Made by a program: the position numbers and the translations under genes
The notes under the pieces: model-generated
Seen by the model: the letters and a program-made list of their open reading frames with translations, nothing else
What the model was told of the DNA's origin: nothing
The model's database searches: none
Shown: positions 1 to 7,861 of the stretch, one piece after another
How the letters are laid out: every line of letters begins with the position of its first letter
How positions within the stretch are numbered: position 1 is the stretch's first letter
NCBI GenBank assembly: GCA_048884965.1
Contig: JBHLQH010000042.1
Span: 1 to 23,330, forward strand
DNA from: Candidatus Thorarchaeota archaeon
GTDB lineage: Archaea; Asgardarchaeota; Thorarchaeia; Thorarchaeales; Thorarchaeaceae
Reading direction: 5' to 3'
Length of the DNA: 23,330 nucleotides

Positions 1-77
1 CGATTGCAAACAAATGAGTGATTCGTCTAGCTTGAACTGACATTTTCTCTCTTTCCCCTTCCACTACAATTTCTAAT

Positions 78-241
78 TCGGTGATTCTACCAGAGCTGCC
101 AGACCTTCAGAGTGTGACGATAGAGAATGGCACGCTGCAGGAACTAGACCTCTCACCTTTGAAGGAAACGAGACTTGAGGAGCTTGCCATCACAGGGAAT
201 GGACTGAAACAGCTTGACCTCTCCATTCTTCGAAACGAGCC
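78..241 (+). repeat. Direct repeat copy 1 (pairs with 1194..1357)
   Basis: Ungapped alignment at offset 1116. I count 12 mismatches over the 146-nt core 78-223. Confidence 0.95.
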
Positions 242-278
242 TTCCAAGCTTGTAGTTGATGAATTATGCAAGGTATAA
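81..278 (+). pseudogene. Fragment (C-terminal LRR units) of a paralog of the LRR protein at 321..1394
   Basis: The translation VILPELPDLQSVTIENGTLQELDLSPLKETRLEEL nearly equals the C-terminus of 321..1394. The frame upstream has TGA at 15-17 and 33-35, so no intact 5' part exists in this frame. Confidence 0.6.
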
Positions 279-320
279 ATAGTGATAATGATTTTCACAT
301 TTGAAGTGTGGAACTGAACT

Positions 321-1394
321 TTGTCGGATGGTGAGAGTGAGGAAAGGGTTCATTTGTCGTGGCTAGTATTGAGACGTGAGATCAATTATTACTCCTATAG
401 AGGAGATAGACCATTCAAACCCCTTTCGAGGGAAGTATCGCGCTTGTCAATTGACCTTGAATATGACAGGTATGACTATGATACTTCAACAGTCCCCCAT
501 ACCAGAATGGAAATGGTGAATCTGTCATTCATGAAGGAACTAAAGCAACTTACAAGCCTAAATATAGAGATAATTCATCCAAAATTGGGATCAATCTATA
601 GAGTTCCAAGCAAGATCGATTTCCCATCGATTGCGAGCATGCCTAATCTCGAGGAGTTGACCATTATCGACCCAGTGGGGGACCTTGACCTCTCGCCGCT
701 CACTAACAGGGAGAGCAAGCTGAGAAGCATCACGATCAAGTGCGTCAGGGCTTTCCGAGGGTCCTACATCAGCTTCGTCCTGATGCCAAATGGTCGTCTT
801 CCTAGAGTCAAGGACATCATAGCCCACACTGAAGGCATTGAGGTCGTACTCGATAATGGACGCACCATCCATGCTGCCTCAAGGGAGGAGCTGACTCCGA
901 ACATCACAGGGACTGGACCAGGTATAGGACCAAGAGGATTTGGCTTCGATTGTGAAACAGAACCAATGGGATATGGGAGCTTCAGACCACGTCTATTTGA
1001 CATAGTCTGGACCAAGGGAGAAATGACTGTCAATCCAGTGTTGTCTGATGATATCGAGAGAGAAGCTAGAACAGAGTTCATTGCCCCCGAGCCACAACCG
1101 CCCCACTTTGATGACTACTCATCCTCGTACAGATACTCGGTCAAATTGATCATAGAAGAAAAACCTGAGATATTCCCAGCAAAACGCTTCGACTCGGTGA
1201 TATTGCCAGAGCTACCAGACCTCCGGAGTGTGACGATAGAGAACGGCACGCTGCAGGAACTAGACCTCTCACCTTTGAAAGAAACAAGACTTGAGGAACT
1301 TGTCATCGCAGGGAATGGACTGAAACAGCTTGACCTCTCTGTGCTGAAACATGAACCAAACACGGTCACTCTGGATGAGCCGAATCTCATCTAG
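321..1394 (+). CDS. Leucine-rich repeat protein (Asgard-type LDLSPL repeats) with a central non-LRR insert
   Basis: Repeats LKQLTSLNI, MPNLEELTI..DLDLSPL, KLRSITI, DLRSVTIENGTLQELDLSPL and RLEELVIAGNGLKQLDLSVL; TTG start. Confidence 0.8.
   Translation: MSDGESEERVHLSWLVLRREINYYSYRGDRPFKPLSREVSRLSIDLEYDRYDYDTSTVPHTRMEMVNLSFMKELKQLTSLNIEIIHPKLGSIYRVPSKIDFPSIASMPNLEELTIIDPVGDLDLSPLTNRESKLRSITIKCVRAFRGSYISFVLMPNGRLPRVKDIIAHTEGIEVVLDNGRTIHAASREELTPNITGTGPGIGPRGFGFDCETEPMGYGSFRPRLFDIVWTKGEMTVNPVLSDDIEREARTEFIAPEPQPPHFDDYSSSYRYSVKLIIEEKPEIFPAKRFDSVILPELPDLRSVTIENGTLQELDLSPLKETRLEELVIAGNGLKQLDLSVLKHEPNTVTLDEPNLI
1194..1357 (+). repeat. Direct repeat copy 2 (pairs with 78..241)
   Basis: See copy 1; lies in the 3' end of the LRR gene. 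Confidence 0.95.
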
Positions 1395-1492
1395 GATACA
1401 GAAGGATATGAGAATCATTCTCCATCCCATCATGGAAGAATAATCCAAGGTTTCGCTTACTCCTTGCGACTCTAATAATATCTGAGGGCATT

Positions 1493-2014
1493 TCAAGGCG
1501 TAAAGGGGGTGTAGTTGTCTGGGTCCTCAGGATATCGATCACGATGAAGGTCCAGAAGCCGCTCAGCACATTCCTCGGGGGACTGCTCTAAGAGACTGAT
1601 GAACCATAGCTCAGAGAAATCCTTTACTGGCGTATCTTCTACCAAATATTCTTCATACTCAAGAAATCTCCAAGTAATCCCATCTGTGAGCACGAAGAAT
1701 TCATACCCAAGCATCTTGATATAGAACTCCAATCTATAGAGTGTGCTTCCATAGATGTCCCATTGTGTGCCAACAGGCATGATATCAAAAGCAATCAATT
1801 CTTTCTTTGGAGATATCCTAAGAGAGAGGTCAATCACACCAACATGATACTTCAGTACTATTTCACGAAAAGAGGTGGAAGACCATCCTAGACTACGAAC
1901 CATAGGTTCGACCAGATCCTCCCGAACATACTTTTTCTTCTTATATCGTGCAGGTTCGTTTTCTATCAGATTGAGGATGTTGTTGATAGTGAATTGAATT
2001 AGTGCCGTATTCAG
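1493..2014 (-). CDS. HsdR N-terminal-like (PD-(D/E)xK fold) protein, probably catalytically degenerate
   Basis: The frame is open upstream of the track ATG (1903) to a stop near 2045. It adds VREDLVEPM in front of VRSLGW, giving the HSDR_N-type R..L+.P+++.LGW motif. FFVLTDGITWRF is also present. Candidate CTG start at 2014 preceded by GGGGAG. Confidence 0.6.
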   Translation of the reverse strand: MNTALIQFTINNILNLIENEPARYKKKKYVREDLVEPMVRSLGWSSTSFREIVLKYHVGVIDLSLRISPKKELIAFDIMPVGTQWDIYGSTLYRLEFYIKMLGYEFFVLTDGITWRFLEYEEYLVEDTPVKDFSELWFISLLEQSPEECAERLLDLHRDRYPEDPDNYTPFTP

Positions 2015-2083
2015 CTTGAATCTCCCCTGTTTGGAATACTCATTTCAGTATAAAAACAGATTTGCTAATCTTGGAGAAGGAGA

Positions 2084-2188
2084 TGGGGCCCAGGGGGGGA
2101 ATTGAACCCCCTTCAAGGGAGTGTTGCTATTCATTCGAGATGAAGGAATATCCACAATCCCTTATGCTGCCGGTACACCACCTAGGCC
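2084..2188 (-). tRNA. tRNA-His(GUG) with a 30-nt intron at 37/38 (intron 2122..2151), encoded G-1 and CCA
   Basis: Acceptor GCCTAGG/CCTGGGC with G-1:C73; anticodon stem AGGGA/TCCCT; anticodon GTG at 2153-2155; T-arm GGGGG-TTCAATT-CCCCC; 3' CCA. The intron forms a canonical bulge-helix-bulge. Confidence 0.95.
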
Positions 2189-2442
2189 ATTGCTACAGGG
2201 GGTAGCGTTGGCAAGCACGCAGATTTTTGCTTATTAGCTTATCCATGAAGCGGGTGTATCATACAGTTCGCAATGCGCTGAAATATCCACTGCAATTGTT
2301 GAAACGGGACAGATACTCGTTTTGATAACTAGCACTACCTTCGGAGGTTTAGCTGTTTTAGGAATCGTATTCAAGAGGCATGAATCAAATACTTGACTTC
2401 AGAAATCTCCTTATGGTATGAAAGTACTATTTTCGAGGAGGA

Positions 2443-2997
2443 ATGAACATGGATAGGCTCATGAAGGCATTGGATAGAATCTCAACTCCTCGCAATCTGG
2501 TCATTGCGATAGTGTCTGCAATTGTAGTCGTGTCTCTAATGGGCACTCTTACGCAGACCTTTGTGTATGGTGTATACGGGGATGCAAACATGCCAGATAC
2601 GAATTTTGGATACACGTTTGCTCAGATTCAAGAGGCATTTGATACTCTAGGAAGTGAGGGTCTCCAGATCTGGTTACAGGTCCATCTTCTCGATCTCCTT
2701 TTTCCACTGACTTATGCATTCTCAATGGTGTTTGGCATCCTAATGGAGCTACGAGCTTCTATTCCTGAGAGAAAGAATCTTCGACTTCTTGCACTGCTTC
2801 CAATAGGCGGGGCTTTTGCAGATTACATAGAGAACACACTAATTGCATCTCAAGCCTATGCATATCCAGCATTATCGGAGTCTGTGATAGCAATAGCAAG
2901 TCTTGTGACAATATCAAAATGGCTTCTGTTATATGCAGGATTCATTGTCATCTTCCTTCTGTTGATACTAGTTATAATACAAAAGGCACGTACATGA
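2443..2997 (+). CDS. Uncharacterised integral membrane protein (about 4 TM helices)
   Basis: Hydrophobic segments; LDLLFPLTY and ADYIEN motifs; GAGGAGG SD upstream. Confidence 0.75.
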   Translation: MNMDRLMKALDRISTPRNLVIAIVSAIVVVSLMGTLTQTFVYGVYGDANMPDTNFGYTFAQIQEAFDTLGSEGLQIWLQVHLLDLLFPLTYAFSMVFGILMELRASIPERKNLRLLALLPIGGAFADYIENTLIASQAYAYPALSESVIAIASLVTISKWLLLYAGFIVIFLLLILVIIQKART

Positions 2998-3037
2998 GAT
3001 GCACTGGATAAACAATGAAACATAGGTAGTAAGAGAG

Positions 3038-3562
3038 ATGTCCGAGTGGCGAGGAGTAAAGGTCGTGCCATACAATTCAGAATGGCCAATAATGTTTGAA
3101 CAGGAAAAGAAAATCCTACAAGCAATCCTCTCGGATCTACTTGTTGAGATACATCATATCGGTAGTACTGCAATACCGGGCATCTCTGCAAAACCCGTGA
3201 TAGATATCTTGCCAGTTGTCAAGGAGATAGTCAAAGTTGATGAGATGACAAAGGAGTTTGAGAGATACGGATATGAGGGAAGAGGAGAGTTCGGGTTGCC
3301 AGGTAGACGCTATTTCACGAAGGGGAAATCTGAGCGAACTCATCATATCCACATATATGAGAGAGGTAACCCGGAAGTAATTAGACATCTTGCTTTTCGC
3401 GATTATATGATAGCGCACCCATTGGAGGCTAAGGCATACAGCGAGTTAAAGGAAAAACTAGCAAAGGAATTCGCTAATGACAGGGATTCATATATTGACG
3501 GAAAGGAGGAATTTGTGAAGGAAAGGGAACGAAGAGCCCTTCTCTGGCGGGATTCCAAATAG
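3038..3562 (+). CDS. GrpB / UPF0157 family protein (nucleotidyltransferase-like)
   Basis: VVPYNSEWP..FE.E, IHHIGSTAIPG+.AKP+IDI, HHIHI, FRDY+..HP..A..Y..LK and Y..GK motifs. Confidence 0.92.
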   Translation: MSEWRGVKVVPYNSEWPIMFEQEKKILQAILSDLLVEIHHIGSTAIPGISAKPVIDILPVVKEIVKVDEMTKEFERYGYEGRGEFGLPGRRYFTKGKSERTHHIHIYERGNPEVIRHLAFRDYMIAHPLEAKAYSELKEKLAKEFANDRDSYIDGKEEFVKERERRALLWRDSK

Positions 3563-3604
3563 ATCAATGATCCTGAGTCGGTTGCATCGGCAATTCATCC
3601 ACGT

Positions 3605-3952
3605 CTAGGTCCCTGAGGTTTGCTTCAGTTCTTCAAGTGCCTCATCCAATTCATCGACTTTCTTGTGAAGCTCGAGTATTTCGTTGATCAGCACTGAAAT
3701 AAGATATCCATACCTCACCTTGTAGAGACCCTCATCACGCTCAATAACACTAGCATCCTCAAGTCTACGAGCAGAGTTAGTAATCGATTGCTTTGAAACC
3801 CCCGGGATGATCTTCTCGACTTCTTTTCTCACGTCAGAGGGTTTCATCTTGGGGCCATCAAGAGAGTCGAGGAGACTATGAAGAACCATGAGACCAGTTT
3901 TCATCAGGGGATTCCGCAATTTATCGACCGTTTTATCCAAATCGTCGCGCAT
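3605..3952 (-). CDS. Small winged-helix protein with a C-terminal coiled coil
   Basis: HTH-like KPSDVRKEV...SKQSITNSARRLEDASVIER, wing DEGLYKV, heptads LHKKVDELDEALEEL; SD GAGGAG. Confidence 0.7.
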   Translation of the reverse strand: MRDDLDKTVDKLRNPLMKTGLMVLHSLLDSLDGPKMKPSDVRKEVEKIIPGVSKQSITNSARRLEDASVIERDEGLYKVRYGYLISVLINEILELHKKVDELDEALEELKQTSGT

Positions 3953-4131
3953 TTCTCCTCACTCCGAATATTAACCAACTAGAGTAAACGTTACACCAGT
4001 CAAAAATCTTCTTATTGCATTCTAGTATCCAAATATGGCAGAATTCTACAAGTTTTGGCGACCTACACGTTTACACCTCTAATGCATTGTAGGAAAAGGA
4101 CAAAAGGTAGTAGGGAGCTCATCCTCGTGTT

Positions 4132-4824
4132 GTGCGTCTATTGAGCAAAGAACTGGAGAGAGTCGTTTTCGTTCCTGTTATTCATACTGATGTGGACAGT
4201 GTCGAGAATGCAAGATCTATTGTGCTAAAGACAGCACCAGATGTTGTCGCAGTAGAGCTGGACAGAACTCGTTACCAGCAGCTTCTAAATCCACAAACTG
4301 ATGAGATGATACCTGCAGCTGCAACTGGAGATAGCATAGCGGATCTAATGAATCAGATTGCAGGTCTTGAGAAAAGTCTTGGACAGATGACTGGCTCTAT
4401 GGCAGGAGATGAAATGCTAGCGGCCATAGAAGCAGGGAGAGAAGTCAATGCAAAAATCGCTCTCATTGATAGACCTATTGAAATCACTGCGCAGGCTCTC
4501 ATGCAAGTGCCACTATCTGAAATCTACAAGCTTACAGAGATGATTCCAGATGCTGCCAATGAAGTCAAAGAAGGAGGCTCAGGAGACCTGATGGATCTCT
4601 TACGGGACGCAGATAATGTGGACAGCTTAATGATAGAATTCAAGAAGGAGTTTCCCATGCTCTCAAGTGTCCTTATCGATCAAAGAGACTACTACATCGC
4701 GAGGGCTATCAAGTCAATCCTATCAGATGTTGAAGGCAAAATCGTAGTTGTGCTAGGGTCAGGTCACATCGAAGGAGTGACCAAAACCCTAAGAGCGCTA
4801 TTAGAAAATGATGTGGCAAGCTAG
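4132..4824 (+). CDS. TraB/PrgY/GumN (Tiki-like) family protein, soluble domain only
   Basis: VPVIH, PDVVAVELD..R, G.EM..A, IALIDR.I..T, LID.RD.YIA and VVVLGSGH..G motifs. Confidence 0.88.
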   Translation: MRLLSKELERVVFVPVIHTDVDSVENARSIVLKTAPDVVAVELDRTRYQQLLNPQTDEMIPAAATGDSIADLMNQIAGLEKSLGQMTGSMAGDEMLAAIEAGREVNAKIALIDRPIEITAQALMQVPLSEIYKLTEMIPDAANEVKEGGSGDLMDLLRDADNVDSLMIEFKKEFPMLSSVLIDQRDYYIARAIKSILSDVEGKIVVVLGSGHIEGVTKTLRALLENDVAS

Positions 4825-5471
4825 AGTCCAATTCCCTTGATCAGTCGATCCAACCCTTCACCTGTTTTCGAGCTGACACGATACACAGGTAGTTTCGCAT
4901 CTACCTCGCGGATATCATTCTCCAAAGCATCGATATCAAAGTCAAGTGCCTTAGCAAGGTCAATCTTATTGATGACTACCATGTCGGACCGTTTGATGGT
5001 AAGAGGGTGCTTTCGAATCATATACGGACCTTCTGTCACACTAACTACTACAATCTTCTTACTTACTCCAAGTGAATAGCCAGCGGGACAAATCAGATTG
5101 CCTACATTCTCTATGAATACCACCTTATACTTGGAGAGATCTACATCACTTAGTGCAACTTGTATCATTCGAGCGTCGAGATGGCAAGCTGTTCCAGTGT
5201 TAATCTGCACTGTATCCACTCCATGTTTACCAACACGGTCGGCATCTATCCGTGTATCTAGATCACCAGCAATCATGAGAATAGGATAGTCCTTGGATAT
5301 TCTCTCACATAGAGATTCAATAAGCTGTGTCTTCCCTGTACCGACAGAGCCCATTATATCCACTGCAATGATGCCGTGCTCTTTGAATATTGAATCATTC
5401 TTTGCTGCGGCATCCTCATTAGCACCAAAGAGATCCTTTTTGATGTCAATTCGCAGAGTCTTGTCAGTCAT
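4821..5471 (-). CDS. hypB: Hydrogenase nickel-incorporation GTPase HypB
   Basis: GSVGTGKT P-loop, DA.R, QINTG..CHLDA, IENVGNLICP, SVTEG...+.K.P and NKID. Confidence 0.95.
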   Translation of the reverse strand: MTDKTLRIDIKKDLFGANEDAAAKNDSIFKEHGIIAVDIMGSVGTGKTQLIESLCERISKDYPILMIAGDLDTRIDADRVGKHGVDTVQINTGTACHLDARMIQVALSDVDLSKYKVVFIENVGNLICPAGYSLGVSKKIVVVSVTEGPYMIRKHPLTIKRSDMVVINKIDLAKALDFDIDALENDIREVDAKLPVYRVSSKTGEGLDRLIKGIGL

Positions 5472-5473
5472 TA

Positions 5474-6040
5474 CTAGGAGGTCTCCGTCTTGTCCAATAG
5501 TTGTATTCCAGCATCAGGATAGAGATAGTGTCCTGCAATAGGACGAATGATCATCCTCTCCAAGATAATTGCTACTGCAGCCCAAATAAATCCTTGAATC
5601 ATATCTATAACTGCCAACAGAAAAGCAGCCTCCAGGGTTTCACTCAGGAACAGAAAGATCGTCATATCAGGTATGAATCCACCAATTAGCCCGCCTCCAA
5701 GAATCGCCATAACCGCATACTTCATGCTATCTCTTTCTTTAGTGATGTGAATGGCATAACCTGTCCCAATTCCTAGGAAGATATTGCCAATCAATGGAAT
5801 AAGGGAGAACTCTCCACCACCCAAAGCTCCGCCGATACCTACAGCCAACCCAACTAGAATTCCACCAAAGATGCCACCTATTACACCCCCGAGTTCTGAG
5901 AAGAGAAAGCCCGGAGTTATTTCCACCAACTCTGGGATGATGGTGATTCGAATAAGATATCGCATGAGAAGACCAAGCGCCGCTATCACTGCCAGTATAG
6001 CCAATGCTGCAGTATTTTTCTTCAATGGTATAGTTTCCAT
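5474..6040 (-). CDS. ECF transporter S-component-like membrane protein
   Basis: About 6 TM helices; AxxxA motif in helix 1 (LAVIAAL); Gly-rich GGVIGGIFGGILVG; 2-nt gap to hypB. Confidence 0.65.
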   Translation of the reverse strand: METIPLKKNTAALAILAVIAALGLLMRYLIRITIIPELVEITPGFLFSELGGVIGGIFGGILVGLAVGIGGALGGGEFSLIPLIGNIFLGIGTGYAIHITKERDSMKYAVMAILGGGLIGGFIPDMTIFLFLSETLEAAFLLAVIDMIQGFIWAAVAIILERMIIRPIAGHYLYPDAGIQLLDKTETS

Positions 6041-6061
6041 TACAGTATCCTCAAAATGTGG

Positions 6062-6454
6062 TTATTTCTGAGCTGGCTCCGGCCATGTTTCCAACAAGTA
6101 CTTTCTGGTTTCACGATACCATTGGTCAAGTTGAGAGAGCATTTTCTTACGAATTTCTTCAGAAGAGTTTCTTCTGTAAACATGATAGTATCCCCCTCGA
6201 TCCAACGAAATTGTATCTCGAAGTACAAGTGAAGGTTTGAGGTCAGGATTACTAAGCTCTTGGAGGTACCTCTGGACCACGCTCCGCTCCTTGCCTACCT
6301 TTTCTGCCAGTTCCTCTACTGTCATGGGAGTGTCACGAAGTTCAAGGTAGATCTTTGCAGCACTTGTCTTGACTCCAAAGGCACAACACAGCAATCCACA
6401 TGGCTCAGTTATACTATTGACCAAGAGCCCCTTCATTCCATTCTGAGTTGTCAT
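6062..6454 (-). CDS. Archaeal HTH transcriptional regulator (TrmB/COG3355-like) with a Cys cluster
   Basis: C.FG+....KIYL.L, MTVEELAEKVGKERSVVQRYLQEL HTH, GGYYHVY wing; N-terminal PCGLLCC. Confidence 0.85.
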   Translation of the reverse strand: MTTQNGMKGLLVNSITEPCGLLCCAFGVKTSAAKIYLELRDTPMTVEELAEKVGKERSVVQRYLQELSNPDLKPSLVLRDTISLDRGGYYHVYRRNSSEEIRKKMLSQLDQWYRETRKYLLETWPEPAQK

Positions 6455-6489
6455 TTCATTTTATTCACTCTTTGGTTATTGATAAGAGT

Positions 6490-6508
6490 TGTGTAATGTG
6501 TCTACACA
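6490..6508. promoter_or_regulatory. Inverted repeat TGTGTA-N7-TACACA, candidate operator between divergent HTH genes
   Basis: Perfect 6-bp arms at 6490-6495 and 6503-6508 in a 119-nt divergent intergenic region. Confidence 0.45.
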
Positions 6509-6573
6509 GACGTATTTAGGATAATACTGCAGTTCAAAAGAGATTCTACCACTGATAGTAATGGTGTTCATGA

Positions 6574-7038
6574 ATGGATTTCAGGTCTGCACGAGACGAA
6601 TATGAGAGAGAGCCATGGTCCTATGGAGACCCAAGTAGACAAGTATCAAAGCCAATCAATCTTGCTCCTTTGAAAGGAGCGTTGGAATCAGATCCAGTCA
6701 GGTCAAAGATTCTACGTATACTGATTGAGAATGGAACTTGGGTAACCACAGCAGATCTACTTCGAGCTGCTAGGCAAGTCAGACCGGTTGTTGGTGCTGT
6801 AACCATTGGCACAATACTCAATGGCCTGAATGAATTAGTATCCTCCAGATTGATCCTTAGCAGGATGTCTATGACAAGTGGCATTGATTGGGCAGAATGG
6901 AGAATTAATCCTGATTGGTTAGATCCCACCAGAAAGTTGCTGAACATGCTGATTAGAACACGTAAGGCTCCGGCGGATCAAAAAGTACACAGTGAAGTCC
7001 AAAGACTTCTGGAAAAGGTCGATGATACTCAATATTGA
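6574..7038 (+). CDS. ArsR-like winged-helix protein
   Basis: ALESDPVRSKILRIL followed by helix-turn-helix and wing (EWRINPDW). Confidence 0.65.
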   Translation: MDFRSARDEYEREPWSYGDPSRQVSKPINLAPLKGALESDPVRSKILRILIENGTWVTTADLLRAARQVRPVVGAVTIGTILNGLNELVSSRLILSRMSMTSGIDWAEWRINPDWLDPTRKLLNMLIRTRKAPADQKVHSEVQRLLEKVDDTQY

Positions 7039-7158
7039 GTATATAGTTACCGTTGAGTAAAGTACTTAAGAGGGCTTCTTTCGAAATGGAACATCCGATT
7101 CCTATAAGGAGGTCCATAGGTGTATTCACAAGCTGATAACTATCCAGAGGAAGCGCCA

Positions 7159-7740
7159 ATGCATCTGGTAGAGGGAGATTCTTCTGCTGAGAGATCAAAG
7201 AAAGTTGCTGTTTCTGCAGTCTTAGGAGCAGTATCAATTGCATTAGGTGCAACTGCATCATTCATTCCACGGATTCCCGGGTGGGGGATTGCACTTTTTG
7301 ACCCGGTTTCCATTGTATGGGTGATCGCATTCCTTATTGGGGGAATAGAAGTCGGAATCATAACCACTTATGCGGGCTTCTTTGGTCTGTTCTTGTTCGA
7401 CCCTACAGGAGTCGGACCTATTTTCAAGTTCCTCGCGACAATTCCCCTGATTTTGATTCCTTGGATTGGAATGAAGTGGTCAGGTGCAAAGCATGATGGA
7501 GGACACCTTTCTATTCGTAGGAACTATGTGAGATATATGCTGGTGGCATATCTAGTCAGACTCTCGCTCATGATGCCGTTGAATCTGGTTATCGTGCCTG
7601 CTCTCTTTGGGATTTCAGATGTGTCATTCATCATAATGTACACCCTGATTCTAAACACTCTACAAAGTCTATGGGACACACTTGTTCCATTCCTCATTGT
7701 ATACAGAACACGTATTTTCGATGAGTTTCGGATGTGGTAA
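7159..7740 (+). CDS. ECF transporter S component (RibU/PanT-like), solitary
   Basis: KVAVSAVLGAVS (AxxxA), P.IPGW..+.FDPVS+..+IAF++GG; about 6 TM helices. ATG 7159 follows GAGGA (track start 7120). Confidence 0.75.
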   Translation: MHLVEGDSSAERSKKVAVSAVLGAVSIALGATASFIPRIPGWGIALFDPVSIVWVIAFLIGGIEVGIITTYAGFFGLFLFDPTGVGPIFKFLATIPLILIPWIGMKWSGAKHDGGHLSIRRNYVRYMLVAYLVRLSLMMPLNLVIVPALFGISDVSFIIMYTLILNTLQSLWDTLVPFLIVYRTRIFDEFRMW

Positions 7741-7742
7741 AC

Positions 7743-7774
7743 GGTTAGGAAGGGGGGAGACCCTTTCCCTAACC
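7743..7774 (+). terminator. Strong G-rich hairpin directly after the stop codon
   Basis: GGTTAGG-AAGGGGG-GAGA-CCCTTTC-CCTAACC; can close a GAGA (GNRA) tetraloop. Confidence 0.5.
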
Positions 7775-7861
7775 AGTATAACCCAACCGGTAATTGCTTA
7801 AATAGCCAGACCTCCAGTGATAAGTAGTAACGCCACGATAAACACACTTGGAGGCAATGAA

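Noticed and set aside
742-1190. Functional intein in the LRR protein
   Set aside because: There is no TxxH block, no terminal HN followed by C/S/T, and the block spacing is too short.
78-1357. Direct repeat as a DGR template/variable repeat pair
   Set aside because: Mismatches are not adenine-specific in either copy and are mostly synonymous; no reverse transcriptase is in the window.
4132-4824. TraB as evidence of a conjugative element
   Set aside because: This is the TraB/PrgY/GumN family common on archaeal chromosomes; no transfer genes are present.
7040-7158. Riboswitch upstream of the S-component gene
   Set aside because: A weak ATGGA/TCCAT plus TCCT/AGGA stem exists, but I see no match to the FMN, TPP, cobalamin or fluoride consensus.
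7743-7774. Hairpin as a SECIS element
   Set aside because: It has no AUGA/GA quartet or GAA/A motif, and no nearby gene has a credible in-frame TGA at a Cys position.
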